Origin: Heterodontus francisci
Taxonomy: Eukaryota
Assembly: GCF_036365525.1 (NCBI RefSeq)
Contig: NC_090373.1
Coordinates: 40,649,590 to 40,713,589, forward strand
Direction of reading: 5' to 3'
DNA: 64,000 nucleotides
The notes beneath the pieces are model-generated. The model saw nothing but the letters and a program-made list of their open reading frames with translations. It searched no databases and was not told the origin of the DNA. Shown piece by piece: positions 38,960-51,208 of the stretch; within the stretch, counting starts at the first letter, position 1, and each line of letters starts with the position of its first letter. Made by a program: the position numbers and the translations under genes.

Positions 38960-39109
38960 AGACAGTCAGCTTTAATTTGAATGTACTATCAACTAAAGTA
39001 ATTTATATCCTTAGATCACTATGGAACACAATAGTGCCCCATTCATCTTCAAGCTGGCTGAAACATCCCTTGGAGTAAGAAACAAACTTAAAAGTCCCCC
39101 TTATTCCTC

Positions 39110-39290
39110 ATAACAATGACTGCCAAATTGCTATGAGCACAAACCCACTATGAACTGAGCTACCGCTGAAACTAATTTCATATAAAATCCATACAGCCAA
39201 CAGACCGAGGGGATGACTTTTATCACATTATTCTGGACTGGATTTGAACCATGGTCCCAAAGCAGAAAGCCCAGTTCATCATCTAGTTGC
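39110..39290 (-). mobile_element. Ancient LF-SINE-like element
   Basis: rc GGTTCAAATCCAGTCCAG..GTGATAAAAGTCAT..TCTGTTGGCTGT..TATATGAAATTAGTTT..CAGTTCATAGTGG is colinear with the recalled LF-SINE consensus. Confidence 0.55.
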
Positions 39291-39977
39291 CCAGTCTGTC
39301 TTAAAACAAACAAAAATATCAATGTTCCTGCTCCTTGAGGGCCCAAATTCTCTCAGGTGACACAATACTCACAGTTTGAGGTAAGCTCAGATCTGTTGCA
39401 GATAAACATTAAATGGCCAGAGATGTAAAAACTTTACTAATTTGAATTAAACCTGCTCAATTCTCCTGGTTTAGTGCCCAAATCAATGGGCATGTTTCAC
39501 CTTGGTATAAATTTTATAGGGCTTTTTTTATTAAGTCATATTTGTTTTCCTGCCACCTGCCTTTAGTTACTTTTTTCATTTGGAAAAGCAGAAAGTATTT
39601 GGATTAGGTTTGGTTGAGAATTTCGTGCCTTCTGTAAAGTGTCTACAAATAACAGCTAAATTGCTAGCTTCTATCTACTCTGTTGGAGTTTAAATAGTGG
39701 CAGCTTCCCTTGTGAATCTGTGCAAAATATGCCTCCCAGAAATGTAAATATTAAGCAATAGCTCAAGTGATTGATATTTTTAAACACAGTCATCCTATTA
39801 TTAAATAAACTGCTAACTATTGAGATTAGCTCATTATTATTATTTCCAATTGTACCTTTTTTTCTACTCTCTTACTTGGCTTTCCCTCAGGTCCTTTTTT
39901 TTTGCTTTCTATCCAGTGACAGAAAGTAGAAAGCAAAGAAAAAATTGACAGAAAGAAAAGTGTATATTTAACATCTG

Positions 39978-40629
39978 GGGCTGAATTTTCCTGATCCTGT
40001 GGAAGTGGGCTGGGAGGCTGGAGAGCTGGCAATATGGCAGGGGAAGGAGTCAGGAGAGCAGCCAGATGACTTCCCGTCGCCGTGGCATATTGCCAGCGGC
40101 GGGATTCTGAGTGATGCAGCTACCCACTTAAGGGCTCAATTTTGCCCGCATTAGGAGGGCCTGCTGCTGTGTGAGGAGAATGCCAGGTAAACCCTGTCAT
40201 CTTTTATGGGCACGCCACGGTCCATGGAGGGCTCCCCCCACCGGAAATGGCTGCCCCCCCCCCCCCGTGCCAAACTCGCTGCCGCTACAATGAACCGCAC
40301 CCCTCCAATCGCCCATGCCAGCCTGCCTGGCCTCGGCTTCCTCACAACTTAAGTGTCTTTGACGGCACTTCGGTATTGGGCGTCCTCCCCCTCAAGCTGC
40401 AGCCTCAGAGCTGGCCACCGTTACTGAGACTGTTGAGCTGCCGGCCTTCTGATATGGCTGGCAGCTCTGGGCGGTGGCGGGTGCAGGCTGCTACCCTCGA
40501 ATGGACAGAGGCCTGGCAGAGGCCTGTTATTCGTTGATCGCTGCCGGCAAAAGGCCACCTCAGGGTTGTACTGGCCGAGGCTTTTGGCCCCGGCAGCGGG
40601 ACATCTTCAGGGCTGACAAAATTCAGCTG
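39978..40629. mobile_element. Harbinger-type MITE (possibly nested; second left terminus at ~40131)
   Basis: GGGCTGAATTTT ... AAAATTCAGC, with an internal TAA|GGGCTCAATTTT. Confidence 0.7.
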
Positions 40630-40795
40630 GTGAATTAAATTCCTGATTTGATAGGGAGTAGGTGGAATTATAGAGCAGATATTGAGGAAAGAGAAAGATG
40701 AGAATGGTCTGAGCAAGTCCTGAAAGAGGAGCAAAATAACAAGGGGAGATGGAGGGTAGAATAATCTCAAACTATTGCACCACATCAGTTTCGGC

Positions 40796-40965
40796 ACATT
40801 GGTGTCATTTACTTGTTAGCTGCTGGGTGAAAAATGCAGATGGCGAATGAGCAGCCCATTTATACATTGCTTGAAAAGAAAATCGTGTGAAGCATAAAGC
40901 GGGCGGCCGATTCATTATCATCTGTTTCGCACTTGGTGATATAAGTTAAAATGTCACCACTATGT
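40796..40965. repeat. Degenerate palindromic element (old MITE-like)
   Basis: TGGTGTCATTT..CTT pairs with AAG..AAATGTCACCA, and inner CAGATGGCGAATGA..GCCC.TTTAT pairs with ATAAAG.GGGC..ATTCATTATCATCTG. Confidence 0.55.
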
Positions 40966-41844
40966 CCGTGTTAGCTCGACGCTATATTCTTCCCACTGCC
41001 CTGCTGTTCCCATTGCTCTTCAACCAATTACTGATTTTTAGAGACAAATATGAATATATCTACAACAAAATGAAAATAAAATAATAACAGAAAACAAACA
41101 TTTAATAATTAATATAATAAAAAAAAGAAAAATATGAAAAAGTACTTTAGATGTTTTTAGCATGCAAAAGGTTCAAAATGTTCTCCATTCTGCTTTTAAT
41201 ACTATAGAAAGCATATATTTTCTTTCTTTAACAATGAATTATCTTACTCAACTACAAGATGATGGTGCTCACTGCAGATGGAAGCTGACAGCCTTATCCT
41301 TTGCTACTAATCCCTGGTAGTCTCAGTGTATATGTATTGTACTTGGAATCCTGCTGTGCAGAATCAGTAACAAATGCAATTAAATATTTATACGAGCTTC
41401 CCTTGTTATTTTCTCAAAGATGTCAACCACTTTATTTTCAACGGATTAGTGCCTTCTTGAAAATAGCAGGGCACAGGAATGTCACTTGAATACACAAATA
41501 TATTCGTTGCCAATTCCTACGGGGCGATTTCTGATGAAACAATACACTGCATGATTCCATGGACAAATGCTCGAGAGGCACAATGCGCTATTCGGCATCT
41601 GAAAGGTAGGTCCACACTAGCAATGGAACCCTTATTTGAATGGGTCCCTGCAGTTTCTGAACTGATGCAGATGTGAAATGGTCATTGTCTTCAGGAAAGA
41701 ATGTGGATGCAAACCTTTGCTTAGTGTTTTGTTTTGATGGGGAAGAGAGGGATGTGGAGTTAAATAACCAATTACATTACCTTCTTTTTTAATCTGGCAA
41801 ACCATCATTTGAGAATCTAATGGGTGACAAAGCACAGAACTCTC

Positions 41845-42481
41845 TGGGATTTTGACTGGGGCGTCCCCTTAATTGGCATGGAGATAAGTGTTCAACTAAG
41901 GGTGCCAGGCAGGCTCCTGAAGCTGGAGGGCTAATCTGAGGCCTACCAGCTTGAAAGGATCACCCAGCTGCAGTACAGGGTAAGTAACTGAGAGGGTGCT
42001 TCAACATGAAGGTATCCTCTCATCAACTGTTTCAAAAATTCAAATAAATGCAGGAAAAGCAGCCAGTCCACCACTGTGAGGAGGGGGAATCCCTCTACAG
42101 GGTTTTCGTTGGCTGCACCCACACCCAGAGAGGCAGGGAGGGCCTATAGGCCTGGCTGGAGCACTGACTCCAACCCTCCCAACCTACCACTGAGTGCCCA
42201 CCTCCAGGCAGTTAAACTGTCCCCCGCCACATTGGGAAACTGGAGGCCAACTGAAAAATCCCAGTGGGCCTCCTTTAACAGCCCTTAACAAGGCTCTTAC
42301 TGAGCCTAATTTGCTGTCAACCTTGTGAAAGTGGGCAGCCCTGCCGGGTCCCGAATCCAAGTCCCCTACAATGGCCGTTGTCGGGAATGGGATCAGGAAA
42401 CCGGCACGATGGCCAGTGCCAGTATTTTCGTGTCCTATCCACCTCCGTACCTGACCTCGGCAGGACCTGAAAATTCTGCCC
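41845..42481. mobile_element. Harbinger-type MITE remnant
   Basis: Right terminus GAAAATTCTGCCC at 42469-42481. The body resembles 38350-38959 in reverse. Confidence 0.55.
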
Positions 42482-42759
42482 AGACAAAGAAATAAAGTGA
42501 GGGAAAGAAAGAATGGATTATGAGGGGAAAAAAGAGAGACAGAGATAACATTTTTAAAAAAAGAATTAAAACAAACAAGCAGAAGAAGAGGGCATTGTGA
42601 CCCAGTTGTGCTTGGGAACTGTTTTATTGGTCTTTGAGAAGTTAATGAGTGAACGGCTGGAAATATGCGTGAAACGTACAAACATTCTCACTAATATATT
42701 GTGCGCCAAAATTATTTTCTGAAAGAAATGATCTAATTGGCATTTCTGAGTGTAAACTA

Positions 42760-43745
42760 TTACCCTCTCATTCTGACTGACCTCATCAGTGGTGAGGTGC
42801 ACATAAGCACCGGCCGTAGCAAACATGGCCTTGGTCACCTGAGAGATCCACGTGTGGGCAGCAGATTTTAAAGTCCTGCAGATGTCACTAGCAGATCCCT
42901 GGAAGGAGCTGGAAGCAAAGAAATTCAAGCCTGTGGTAATCTTGCCTGCCACTGACAATTCATGGCCACCTGATTCACTCGGCAGGAACTCTTCTTCCAG
43001 GAGGTTACAAATGTCAGTAATGACCTGATGGGCATCTCTGAGCCTCCTGAGGGACTGGTGCTCAGTCATGTCCGGGAAGCTTATCCTCTGCCTGTAAACC
43101 CTGTGATGGGAGTACCGACTCCTTTAAGCTGGAGCTCCACGTCCATCTCTTTTGTCCATGGAGCAGAAGGACTGGTTTTGTTGCTCCTCTTATTCCTCCT
43201 CAGACACCCAAGGTAGAGCTGCATAAGCAGCTCCCGTGCTGCTGTGAAGGCTGACAGCTGGGAAGTACAGATCAAAGGCAAAAAAACTCCAAGGTAGCAG
43301 AAATGGCCTCCAAAGTGTTGGAAATCACCTTCAAGGCAGTGAAAGAACACCCTCACAACATGAGCAAAGGCCTTTCACTTAGGCGAAGCAGCAGTTGTCA
43401 CATCTCAGTATTTAGGGCTTTCTTGCCTGTCAATTGCTCAGCCCTGTCATTTCCAGCTGCCCTCTCACCATGTTCAACCTGCCGAGTTTCAGGAAACCAG
43501 GAAAACCCGTGCACTCAGCATTAAAGATAGAATCCGTGGCTAAGACTGCTGTTAATTTCCATTTTGCATATGTAAATGCAAGACCCACTAGTCCCCTGGG
43601 AGTTCCCCGCACGCTAACAAACACGCTTGAGTTAAATGCGGAAGTCAGCAGGTTCTTGCTGGCTTACTGACACACTGGCAGTTTCTGACATATTAACTGC
43701 TGCCTGCACAGAAACTCACCAGTCATGGCAGGTTAAAATTCAGCC
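42760..43745 (-). mobile_element. Harbinger transposon remnant (terminus plus HARBI1-like transposase N-half)
   Basis: MTEHQSLRRLR..VITDICNLL..KITTGLNFFASSSFQGSASDICR..SAAHTWISQVT, with terminus GTTAAAATTCAGCC at ~43732-43745. Confidence 0.82.
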
Positions 43746-45392
43746 TATGTCTCCCATGAGTACATGTAAATCCAACATGAATGCAGCTATTTCTTTTCCC
43801 TAAAACTTTATGAAACTGCCTGATATCTTGTTGAAAACATAATTTTCTCAGTTTAGGCAAACAGCAGTGTTTGCACTGCTGTTTCTTTTATAAGTCTGTA
43901 AAGTAACAGCTGTGGCAGAATTCAAAAGGTAATTGCTTTTTTCGAGACCTGACTTTAGTATTTCACTGCCACCAGTAAAAATTCAGAGCTGTGATTTTTT
44001 TTTAAGAAATGGGCCTTTTTAATTAAATATACATTTGTGCACAGCTTGACATTCACATATTTATTAATTCTGCAAAGAAATTGGATTTTTGCGTTAACAG
44101 GTAACATAAAATGCATGAAGCATTGGTTTCTTGTGTACCGACTGTGTTGTATAAATGATGCTGTCACTGCAATAAAATGAAGACAAAGCACATGGAATCA
44201 ATCTTACTATCAACAAGATGTCTAACCTGCTGCAATTACACAAACTTTAACCGTGGTGTCAAATCAAAATGAGTTCTTCCCTGCTGCCTGAATCAGCTCT
44301 TCGAGTCTCCCAGTAAATTGCGTCTATGTGGGATCATTTTCTAGAAAGTGGTCTCCTATACACTATGTAGAGAAAAGTTGTAAGTGTGTTTGAAAGGAAT
44401 AAAACTCTAGCTTTGCTACACGTTGTGCGCAGAAAAAAATCTTGTATGTGGTTCCTACAGGTTTATAGAACATGTATTTCCAGACCCTCCACAGTAAATC
44501 TCCAGAAGGAGAAACATACACATATGGGAGATGTTAACACATAACTACCCACCCGAGACAGCAGAGGGATGGTGACCTAACCTAATAGCATCCCAGTCAA
44601 GATAAGGGTCATCTCCATGTTCCTTTATGGTATATGTCCTCCCCTTGTCTAAAACCATCATAACATGTTGATCTGGAAACATGGAAGATTACTGTACCAA
44701 TGTGTATTACTACTGCAACAAACAGATAGCCTTATTGTTGTATGCTCAGATTCCAGAAAAGGATTGAGACTGTCCGACAAGATAAATAACTGCACAAGGT
44801 TTGGATTTCTGGGATAAATTTCGGTGTACCGGACTGGATTAGGTAGCAGGAAGTTGTGATGCATGGGTGGTAGTAGCTGTTAGTGATTTGTTACAGGAAT
44901 CATTGCTGGGATTTTCATAAAAGATTTGGAGGATCTGATCATGTCCAAAGTGTCTAAATTTGCAGCCGACACCAAACTGGGAGCAATGGCAAATAATAAT
45001 CAACTTTTTAAAATCCAACAGGATCTATAGAAGCTGATCGGGGGGCGGGGTGCGGGGTTGGGGCAGAGAAGTGACAAATACAGTAGAGAACTATAAAGTT
45101 ATGAGATTTGACAGAAAGAAGGTAGGATAGATTATGTACTCTGTGCTTGCAATATTACAACGGGAAAACTAAGATCTCAGGTAGCTAGATCGCTAAAACT
45201 ATCAGCACAGATTTCATAAGCAGCTACGTAAATGCACAGAATGTTGGGAAACAAGGCTACAGATAAGCCAAAACAAATAATAGTAAAATTATAATAAAAG
45301 CAAAATACTGCGGATGCTGGAAATCTGAAACAAAAACAAGAAATGCTGGATTCACTCAGCAGGTCTGGCAGCATCTGTGGAATGAGAAGCAG

Positions 45393-45429
45393 AGTTAACG
45401 TTTCGGGTCAGTGACCCTTCTTCGGAACT
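45393..45429 (-). ncRNA. Minimal hammerhead ribozyme variant (PLE pLTR)
   Basis: Same 37-nt motif as 38106-38142, on the minus (CSMD sense) strand. Confidence 0.7.
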
Positions 45430-48161
45430 GACAAATATTAGAAAAGTCACAGATTATAAACAAGTGAGGTGGGGGTTGGGCAAGAGATAACAAAGGAGAA
45501 GGTGCAGATTGGACCAGGCCACATAGCTGACCAAAAGGTCACGGAGCAAAGGCAAACAATATGTTAATGGTGTGTTGAAAGACAAAGCATTAGTACAGAT
45601 TAGGTGTGAATATACTGAATATTGAACATCAGCAAGTGCAAACCTGAAGAAAAACAACCTGAAAAAAACAGTGGGTGAGCAAACTGAACAAACTAAGATG
45701 AACTGAAATAAATACAAAAAAAGATTGTAAAAAATGTAAAAAGGAATGCCAACAAAAAAAAAAAGGGAAGAAAAAATAACTAAAAATGAAAGTAAAGTGG
45801 GGGGCTGTCATGCTCTGAAATTATTGAACTCAATGTTCAGACCGGCAGGCTGTAGTGTGCCTAATCGGTAGATGAGATGCTGTTCCTCGAGCTTGCGTTG
45901 ATGTTCACTGGAACACTGCAGCAATCCCAGGACAGAGATGTGAGCATGAGAGCAGGGGGGAGTGTTGAAATGGCAAGCAACCGGAAGCTCAGGGTCCTGC
46001 TTGCGGACTGAGCGGAGATGTTCCGCAAAGCGGTCACCCAGTCTGCGCTTGGTCTCCCCAATGTAGAGGAGACCACACTGTGAGCAGCGAATACAGTATA
46101 CTACATTGAAAGAAGTACAAGTAAATCGCTGCTTCACCTGAAAGGAGTGTTTGGGGCCTGGGATAGTGAGGAGAGAGGAGGTAAAGGGGCAGGTATTACA
46201 CCTCCTGCGATTGCAAGGGAAGGTGCCCTGGGACGGGGACGAGGTGGTGGGGGTAATGGAGGAGTGGATCAGGGTGTCGCGGAGGGAACGATCCCTTCGG
46301 AATGCTGACAGGGGAAGGGAGGGGAAGATGCGACTGGTAGTGGCATCACGCTGGAGGTGGCGAAAATGGCGGAGGATGATCCTTTGGATATGGAGGCTGG
46401 TGGGATGAAAAGTGAGGACAAGGGGAACCCTGTCACGGTTCTGGGAGGGAGGGGAAGGGGTGAGGGTAGAGGTGCGGGGAATGGGTCGGACACGGTTGAG
46501 GGCCCTGTCAACCACAGTGGGGGGAAATCCTCGGTCGAGGAAAAAGGAGGTCATATCAGAAGCACCGTCATGGAAGGTAGCATCATCAGAGCAGATGCGT
46601 CGGAGACGGAGAAACTGGGAGAATGGAATGGAGTCCTTACAGGAGGTAGGGTGTGAAGAAGTGTAGTCGAGGTAGCTGTGGGAGTCAGTGGGCTTATAAT
46701 GGAAATTGGTAGACAACCTATCCCCAGAGATGGAGACAGAGAAGTCGAGGAAGGGAAGGGAAGTGTCAGAGATGGACCATGTAAAGGTGAGAGAAGGGTG
46801 GAAATTGGAAGCAAAGTTGATAAAGTTTTCCAGTTCGGGGCGGGAGCAGGAAACGTCTCCATCTCTGGGGATAGGTTGTCTACCAATATCCATTATAAGC
46901 CCACTGACTCCCACAGCTACCTCGACTACACTTCTTCACACCCTACCTCCTGTAAGGACTCCATTCCATTCTCCCAGTTTCTCCGTCTCCGACGCATCTG
47001 CTCTGATGATGCTACCTTCCATGACGGTGCTTCTGATATGACCTCCTTTTTCCTCGACCGAGGATTTCCCCCCACTGTGGTTGACAGGGCCCTCAACCGT
47101 GTCCGACCCATTCCCCGCACCTCTACCCTCACCCCTTCCCCTCCCTCCCAGAACCGTGACAGGGTTCCCCTTGTCCTCACTTTTCATCCCACCAGCCTCC
47201 ATATCCAAAGGATCATCCTCCGCCATTTTCGCCACCTCCAGCGTGATGCCACTACCAGTCGCATCTTCCCCTCCCTTCCCCTGTCAGCATTCCGAAGGGA
47301 TCGTTCCCTCCGCGACACCCTGATCCACTCCTCCATTACCCCCACCACCTCGTCCCCGTCCCAGGGCACCTTCCCTTGCAATCGCAGGAGGTGTAATACC
47401 TGCCCCTTTACCTCCTCTCTCCTCACTATCCCAGGCCCCAAACACTCCTTTCAGGTGAAGCAGCGATTTACTTGTACTTCTTTCAATGTAGTATACTGTA
47501 TTCGCTGCTCACAGTGTGGTCTCCTCTACATTGGGGAGACCAAGCGCAGACTGGGTGACCGCTTTGCGGAACATCTCCGCTCAGTCCGCAAGCAGGACCC
47601 TGAGCTTCCGGTTGCTTGCCATTTCAACACTCCCCCCTGCTCTCATGCTCACATCTCTGTCCTGGGATTGCTGCAGTGTTCCAGTGAACATCAACGCAAG
47701 CTCGAGGAACAGCATCTCATCTACCGATTAGGCACACTACAGCCTGCCGGTCTGAACATTGAGTTCAATAATTTCAGAGCATGACAGCCCCCCACTTTAC
47801 TTTCATTTTTAGTTATTTTTTCTTCCCTTTTTTTTTTGTTGGCATTCCTTTTTACATTTTTTACAATCTTTTTTTGTATTTATTTCAGTTCATCTTAGTT
47901 TGTTCAGTTTGCTCACCCACTGTTTTTTTCAGGTTGTTTTTCTTCAGGTTTGCACTTGCTGATGTTCAATATTCAGTATATTCACACCTAATCTGTACTA
48001 ATGCTTTGTCTTTCAACACACCATTAACATATTGTTTGCCTTTGCTCCGTGACCTTTTGGTCAGCTATGTGGCCTGGTCCAATCTGCACCTTCTCCTTTG
48101 TTATCTCTTGCCCAACCCCCACCTCACTTGTTTATAATCTGTGACTTTTCTAATATTTGTC

Positions 48162-48198
48162 AGTTCCGAAGAAGGGTCACTGACCCGAAACGTTAACT
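48162..48198 (+). ncRNA. Minimal hammerhead ribozyme variant (PLE pLTR)
   Basis: AGTTCCGAAGAAGGGTCACTGACCCGAAACGTTAACT. Confidence 0.7.
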
Positions 48199-48959
48199 CT
48201 GCTTCTCATTCCACAGATGCTGCCAGACCTGAATAGTAAAATTATATCTGGTTTTGTTTATTCTGCATGTGGAGTGCTGCATGCAGTTTTGGTCTCCCTA
48301 ATTTAAAAAGAATATGAAGCTGCTGGAGGGAGTGCAAAGGAAGGTGACAATGGGAACAGAGCTATGAGCAGGGGTTAGCTAACCTCACAAAAGATCAAGC
48401 AAAGGCATGAACTGATACAAGCATTTCGGATTGAGGCATTTGGCAAATGTCTCAAATATGTTTTTCGGCTGCGTACAGAATTCAGAACAAGGGATAATAG
48501 TTTCCAATTCAAGGATGAAATAATAAAACAGTAAATGCGGCAACATTTTTCAACAAATGGGTGATATATGGAACAGAACAATGCACTGTGTGACATGAGC
48601 TTGCACTTCACAATCCTTCTTGCTCTGGGTTCCTGATTTCTGCTGTGGCACTGCAGGTGAAGTCATATACTCTGCAGAAAGGGAAAATTAAAGAGGAAAC
48701 CAGGTTGGTCATGTGTCAGAGACCTTCCAACTGTTGAAGCCGAGCAGCAGACGGACTGCCTGGCTAGGGAAGGGACCGAATACGAGAAACTCAGAAATGG
48801 GAGAGGAGAGAAAAGTACTATCGAAAGTGGAAACCTCCTGATAAACTCAAAAAGAAAAATGATGTCAGCAGGCTGGGTATGCAGCATGCCGATATACCAA
48901 CACATTGTGGCATGGAGAGGTGGAACCCATAGTTCTCTAGGCAGCGAGTTACTAACTTT

Positions 48960-49485
48960 TTTTCATTCGTTCATCAATGTGGGCATCATTGGCAAGGCCA
49001 GCATTTATTGCCCATCCCTAACTGCCCTTTAGAAGGTGGTGGTGAGCCACCTTCTTGAACAACTGCAGTCCATTTGGTGTAGGCACACTGACAGTGCTGT
49101 TAGGGAGTGAGTTCCAGGATTTTGATCCATTGACAGTGAAGGAACGGCGATGTAGTTCCAAGTCAGGATGATGTGTGACTTGGAGGGGAACTTGTAGATG
49201 GTGCACATTGCTGCCACTGTGTGCCACTGGTGGAGGGAGTGAATGTTTAAGGTGGTAGACGGGGTGCCAATCAAGTGTCCTGGATGGTGTGGAGATTCTT
49301 AAGTGCTGTTGGAGCCGCACTCATCTTGGCAAGTGCAGAGCATTTCATCACACTCCTGAATTGTGCCTTGTAGATGGTGGACAGGCTTTGGGGAGTCAGG
49401 AGGTGAGTTAGTCGCCGCAGAATTCCCAGCCTCTGACCTGCTCTTGTAGCCACAGCATTTATGTGGCTGGTCCAGTTCAGTTTCT
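48960..49485 (-). mobile_element. LINE 3' end (CR1-group) whose tail is shared with local SINEs
   Basis: RAGQRLGILRRLTHLLTPQSLSTIYKAQFRSVM and SWNSLPNS..FKKVAHHHLLKG, with tail GGGATGGGCAATAAATGCTGGCCTTGCCA. Confidence 0.82.
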
Positions 49486-49833
49486 TATGTCAGTTTCTTA
49501 GCTCAGCTATCAAGAAAGGCACAAAAAAGAAAGGTTAAAAAAAAAACTCCAGAGGGAGAAAAATAAAATGAATGGAGAGTCAACCCTGATTAGTCGTCTA
49601 AGCAGCGCCATCTCCCAGGCATCGAATGACATTAAGAGAGAATGCGAAGCAGGTTGACATTGCACTCCATTAACCACAAAATAGGAAGGAAAAGAAATGT
49701 AGTTCATGCCTTACATCAAGACAGTTTTTTTTTTAGAGGGCATCATAATGATTGCAGTGGTCCTATTTACATAAATCTTCTGCCAGTCTGTTGATGAAAA
49801 CAGGACAATTTATTTGAGTTACAGCAACTCCAG

Positions 49834-49852
49834 ATGCCACAAGGTGGCAGCA
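49834..49852 (+). promoter_or_regulatory. Candidate CTCF binding site
   Basis: ATGCCACAAGGTGGCAGCA fits the CCACNAGRTGGCAGC core and lies in non-repeat AT-rich intron sequence. Motif match only. Confidence 0.45.
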
Positions 49853-50379
49853 AAGGCACACTACATTGATAGATTTGTTTCCTTAATCCACTTTTCAAAA
49901 TGGATTCAGCATTTTGGTTTGCCAAAAATAGCCACTGCTTCTAGTTAAAGATAAAAGTGCACAGAACAATACTAAATAAATTTGGTATTTACTTAAATGA
50001 GAAAAAAATTACATGAATTTTCTGACATGAGATAGGAGGTAGAAGAAACAAGCTTGTCACATAAAAAATCTCCTGTCACACCTGTGTCTTTAATATACAT
50101 ATCAAGTTTGCCTAATAATAAGTTTTAGATGAGGTACAGATTTCTGCATACTACAGGATGATATCCATCACGAAGCAAGTTTGATGCCTCCTTGCCTAAT
50201 GTAATAAAATTGTGCTTCCAAACCAATGAATCAGCAAAGACGGTGGATTGTTACTGTGACTTTTGTAGTTGAGCACAGTGAACATGACAGTGTAGAAATT
50301 CAGATCAGTGAGATTCACCTGCAAATACTTAACATGTTCATACAATATTCCTGTGAACAAATGGGGTGCAGCACATTAA

Positions 50380-51208
50380 GGGCTGAGTTTTACCAGCCCC
50401 TCGATGCCAGGGGTCGTGGCAGTGGGGGGGGGGGGGCACATAAAATTCTGCTGGGTGAGGGCCACCATGACCCCCCCGATGTCAAGAAGGCTCCACCACA
50501 TTTTTCAGCGGCGGCAAGGCCTTGGTGCAGCCTCCCCCAGCCCCCGCCGCCTGGCAATGGGGCCTTCATTAAAATATTGAAATTAGCCACATTAACATGC
50601 TCATGAACTTACCTGTTGCCGGCAGCTGTCCCACGCCGATTTTACGGCCAACTGGCCGCCACACGCACGCCTTGCGGAACTCCGTTGGAATTCCAAGGCG
50701 ACACACTGGTGGGGAGGGGGGAGGGGGAGGAATAAAATTATCAGGATGGGAGGGTTAGGGGATTGGGGAAAACTATCCCTATTGGTTGCAGGGATGGTGG
50801 GAAGGGGTTGAGGGTCAAAGGGAATAAATCCCGGGCGGGAAAGTTCAGGGATATAAATAAAAGTTTTTTTCTGGGCGGAGAACGCAACTTATATATAGAT
50901 TACCCAGTGTGGGGTGGGAGACGGAATTTAAAGTTGTATTAACATTTTATTTTTAGTGCCTGGAACTTTAAAAATTTAAATGTCACTGATGGTCTTGAAG
51001 CCCTTTAAAAATGGTGCGGCGCCTGTGCGGAGGCGCTGGACGCGTTGCCGGGGACACAGCGACCGCCTCCGTCTACGTCATCAGGGGGCAGATGCTCTGC
51101 CCTCTCCATTTAAATCAGCCCCCATGCGTAATATCGCAGGGGCTGTGCGGCGGCACTTGCGTGTTGGAAGGCCGCTACGGAGCGCAACGCGCTGATCAAA
51201 TTCAGCCC
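50380..51208. mobile_element. Non-autonomous PIF/Harbinger element (MITE)
   Basis: TAA|GGGCTGAGTTT ... AAATTCAGCCC|TAA: inverted termini with a TAA target duplication. Confidence 0.88.

Larger units (their letters stand above)
45294..48231. mobile_element. Penelope-like (Neptune-type) retroelement forming a ~2.9 kb palindrome
   Basis: Arms 45360-46737 and 46855-48231 are near-perfect reverse complements around a 117-nt spacer. Mirror ORFs 45808-46914(-) and 46678-47784(+) carry thumb, Cys linker and GIY-YIG. Exact 15-bp TSD AATAGTAAAATTATA at 45279-45293 and 48232-48246. Confidence 0.97.
44880..48600 (+). mobile_element. Highly degraded CR1, the host of the large PLE palindrome
   Basis: SKVSKFAADTKLG at ~44944-44982 before the PLE, and VECCMQFWSP..LEGVQRK at ~48269-48342 after it. 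Confidence 0.7.

Noticed and set aside
45808-47784. Two overlapping 368-aa antisense genes
   Set aside because: A mirror-image consequence of the palindrome. The N-termini are read from antisense PLE sequence and the RT catalytic YIDD region is missing.
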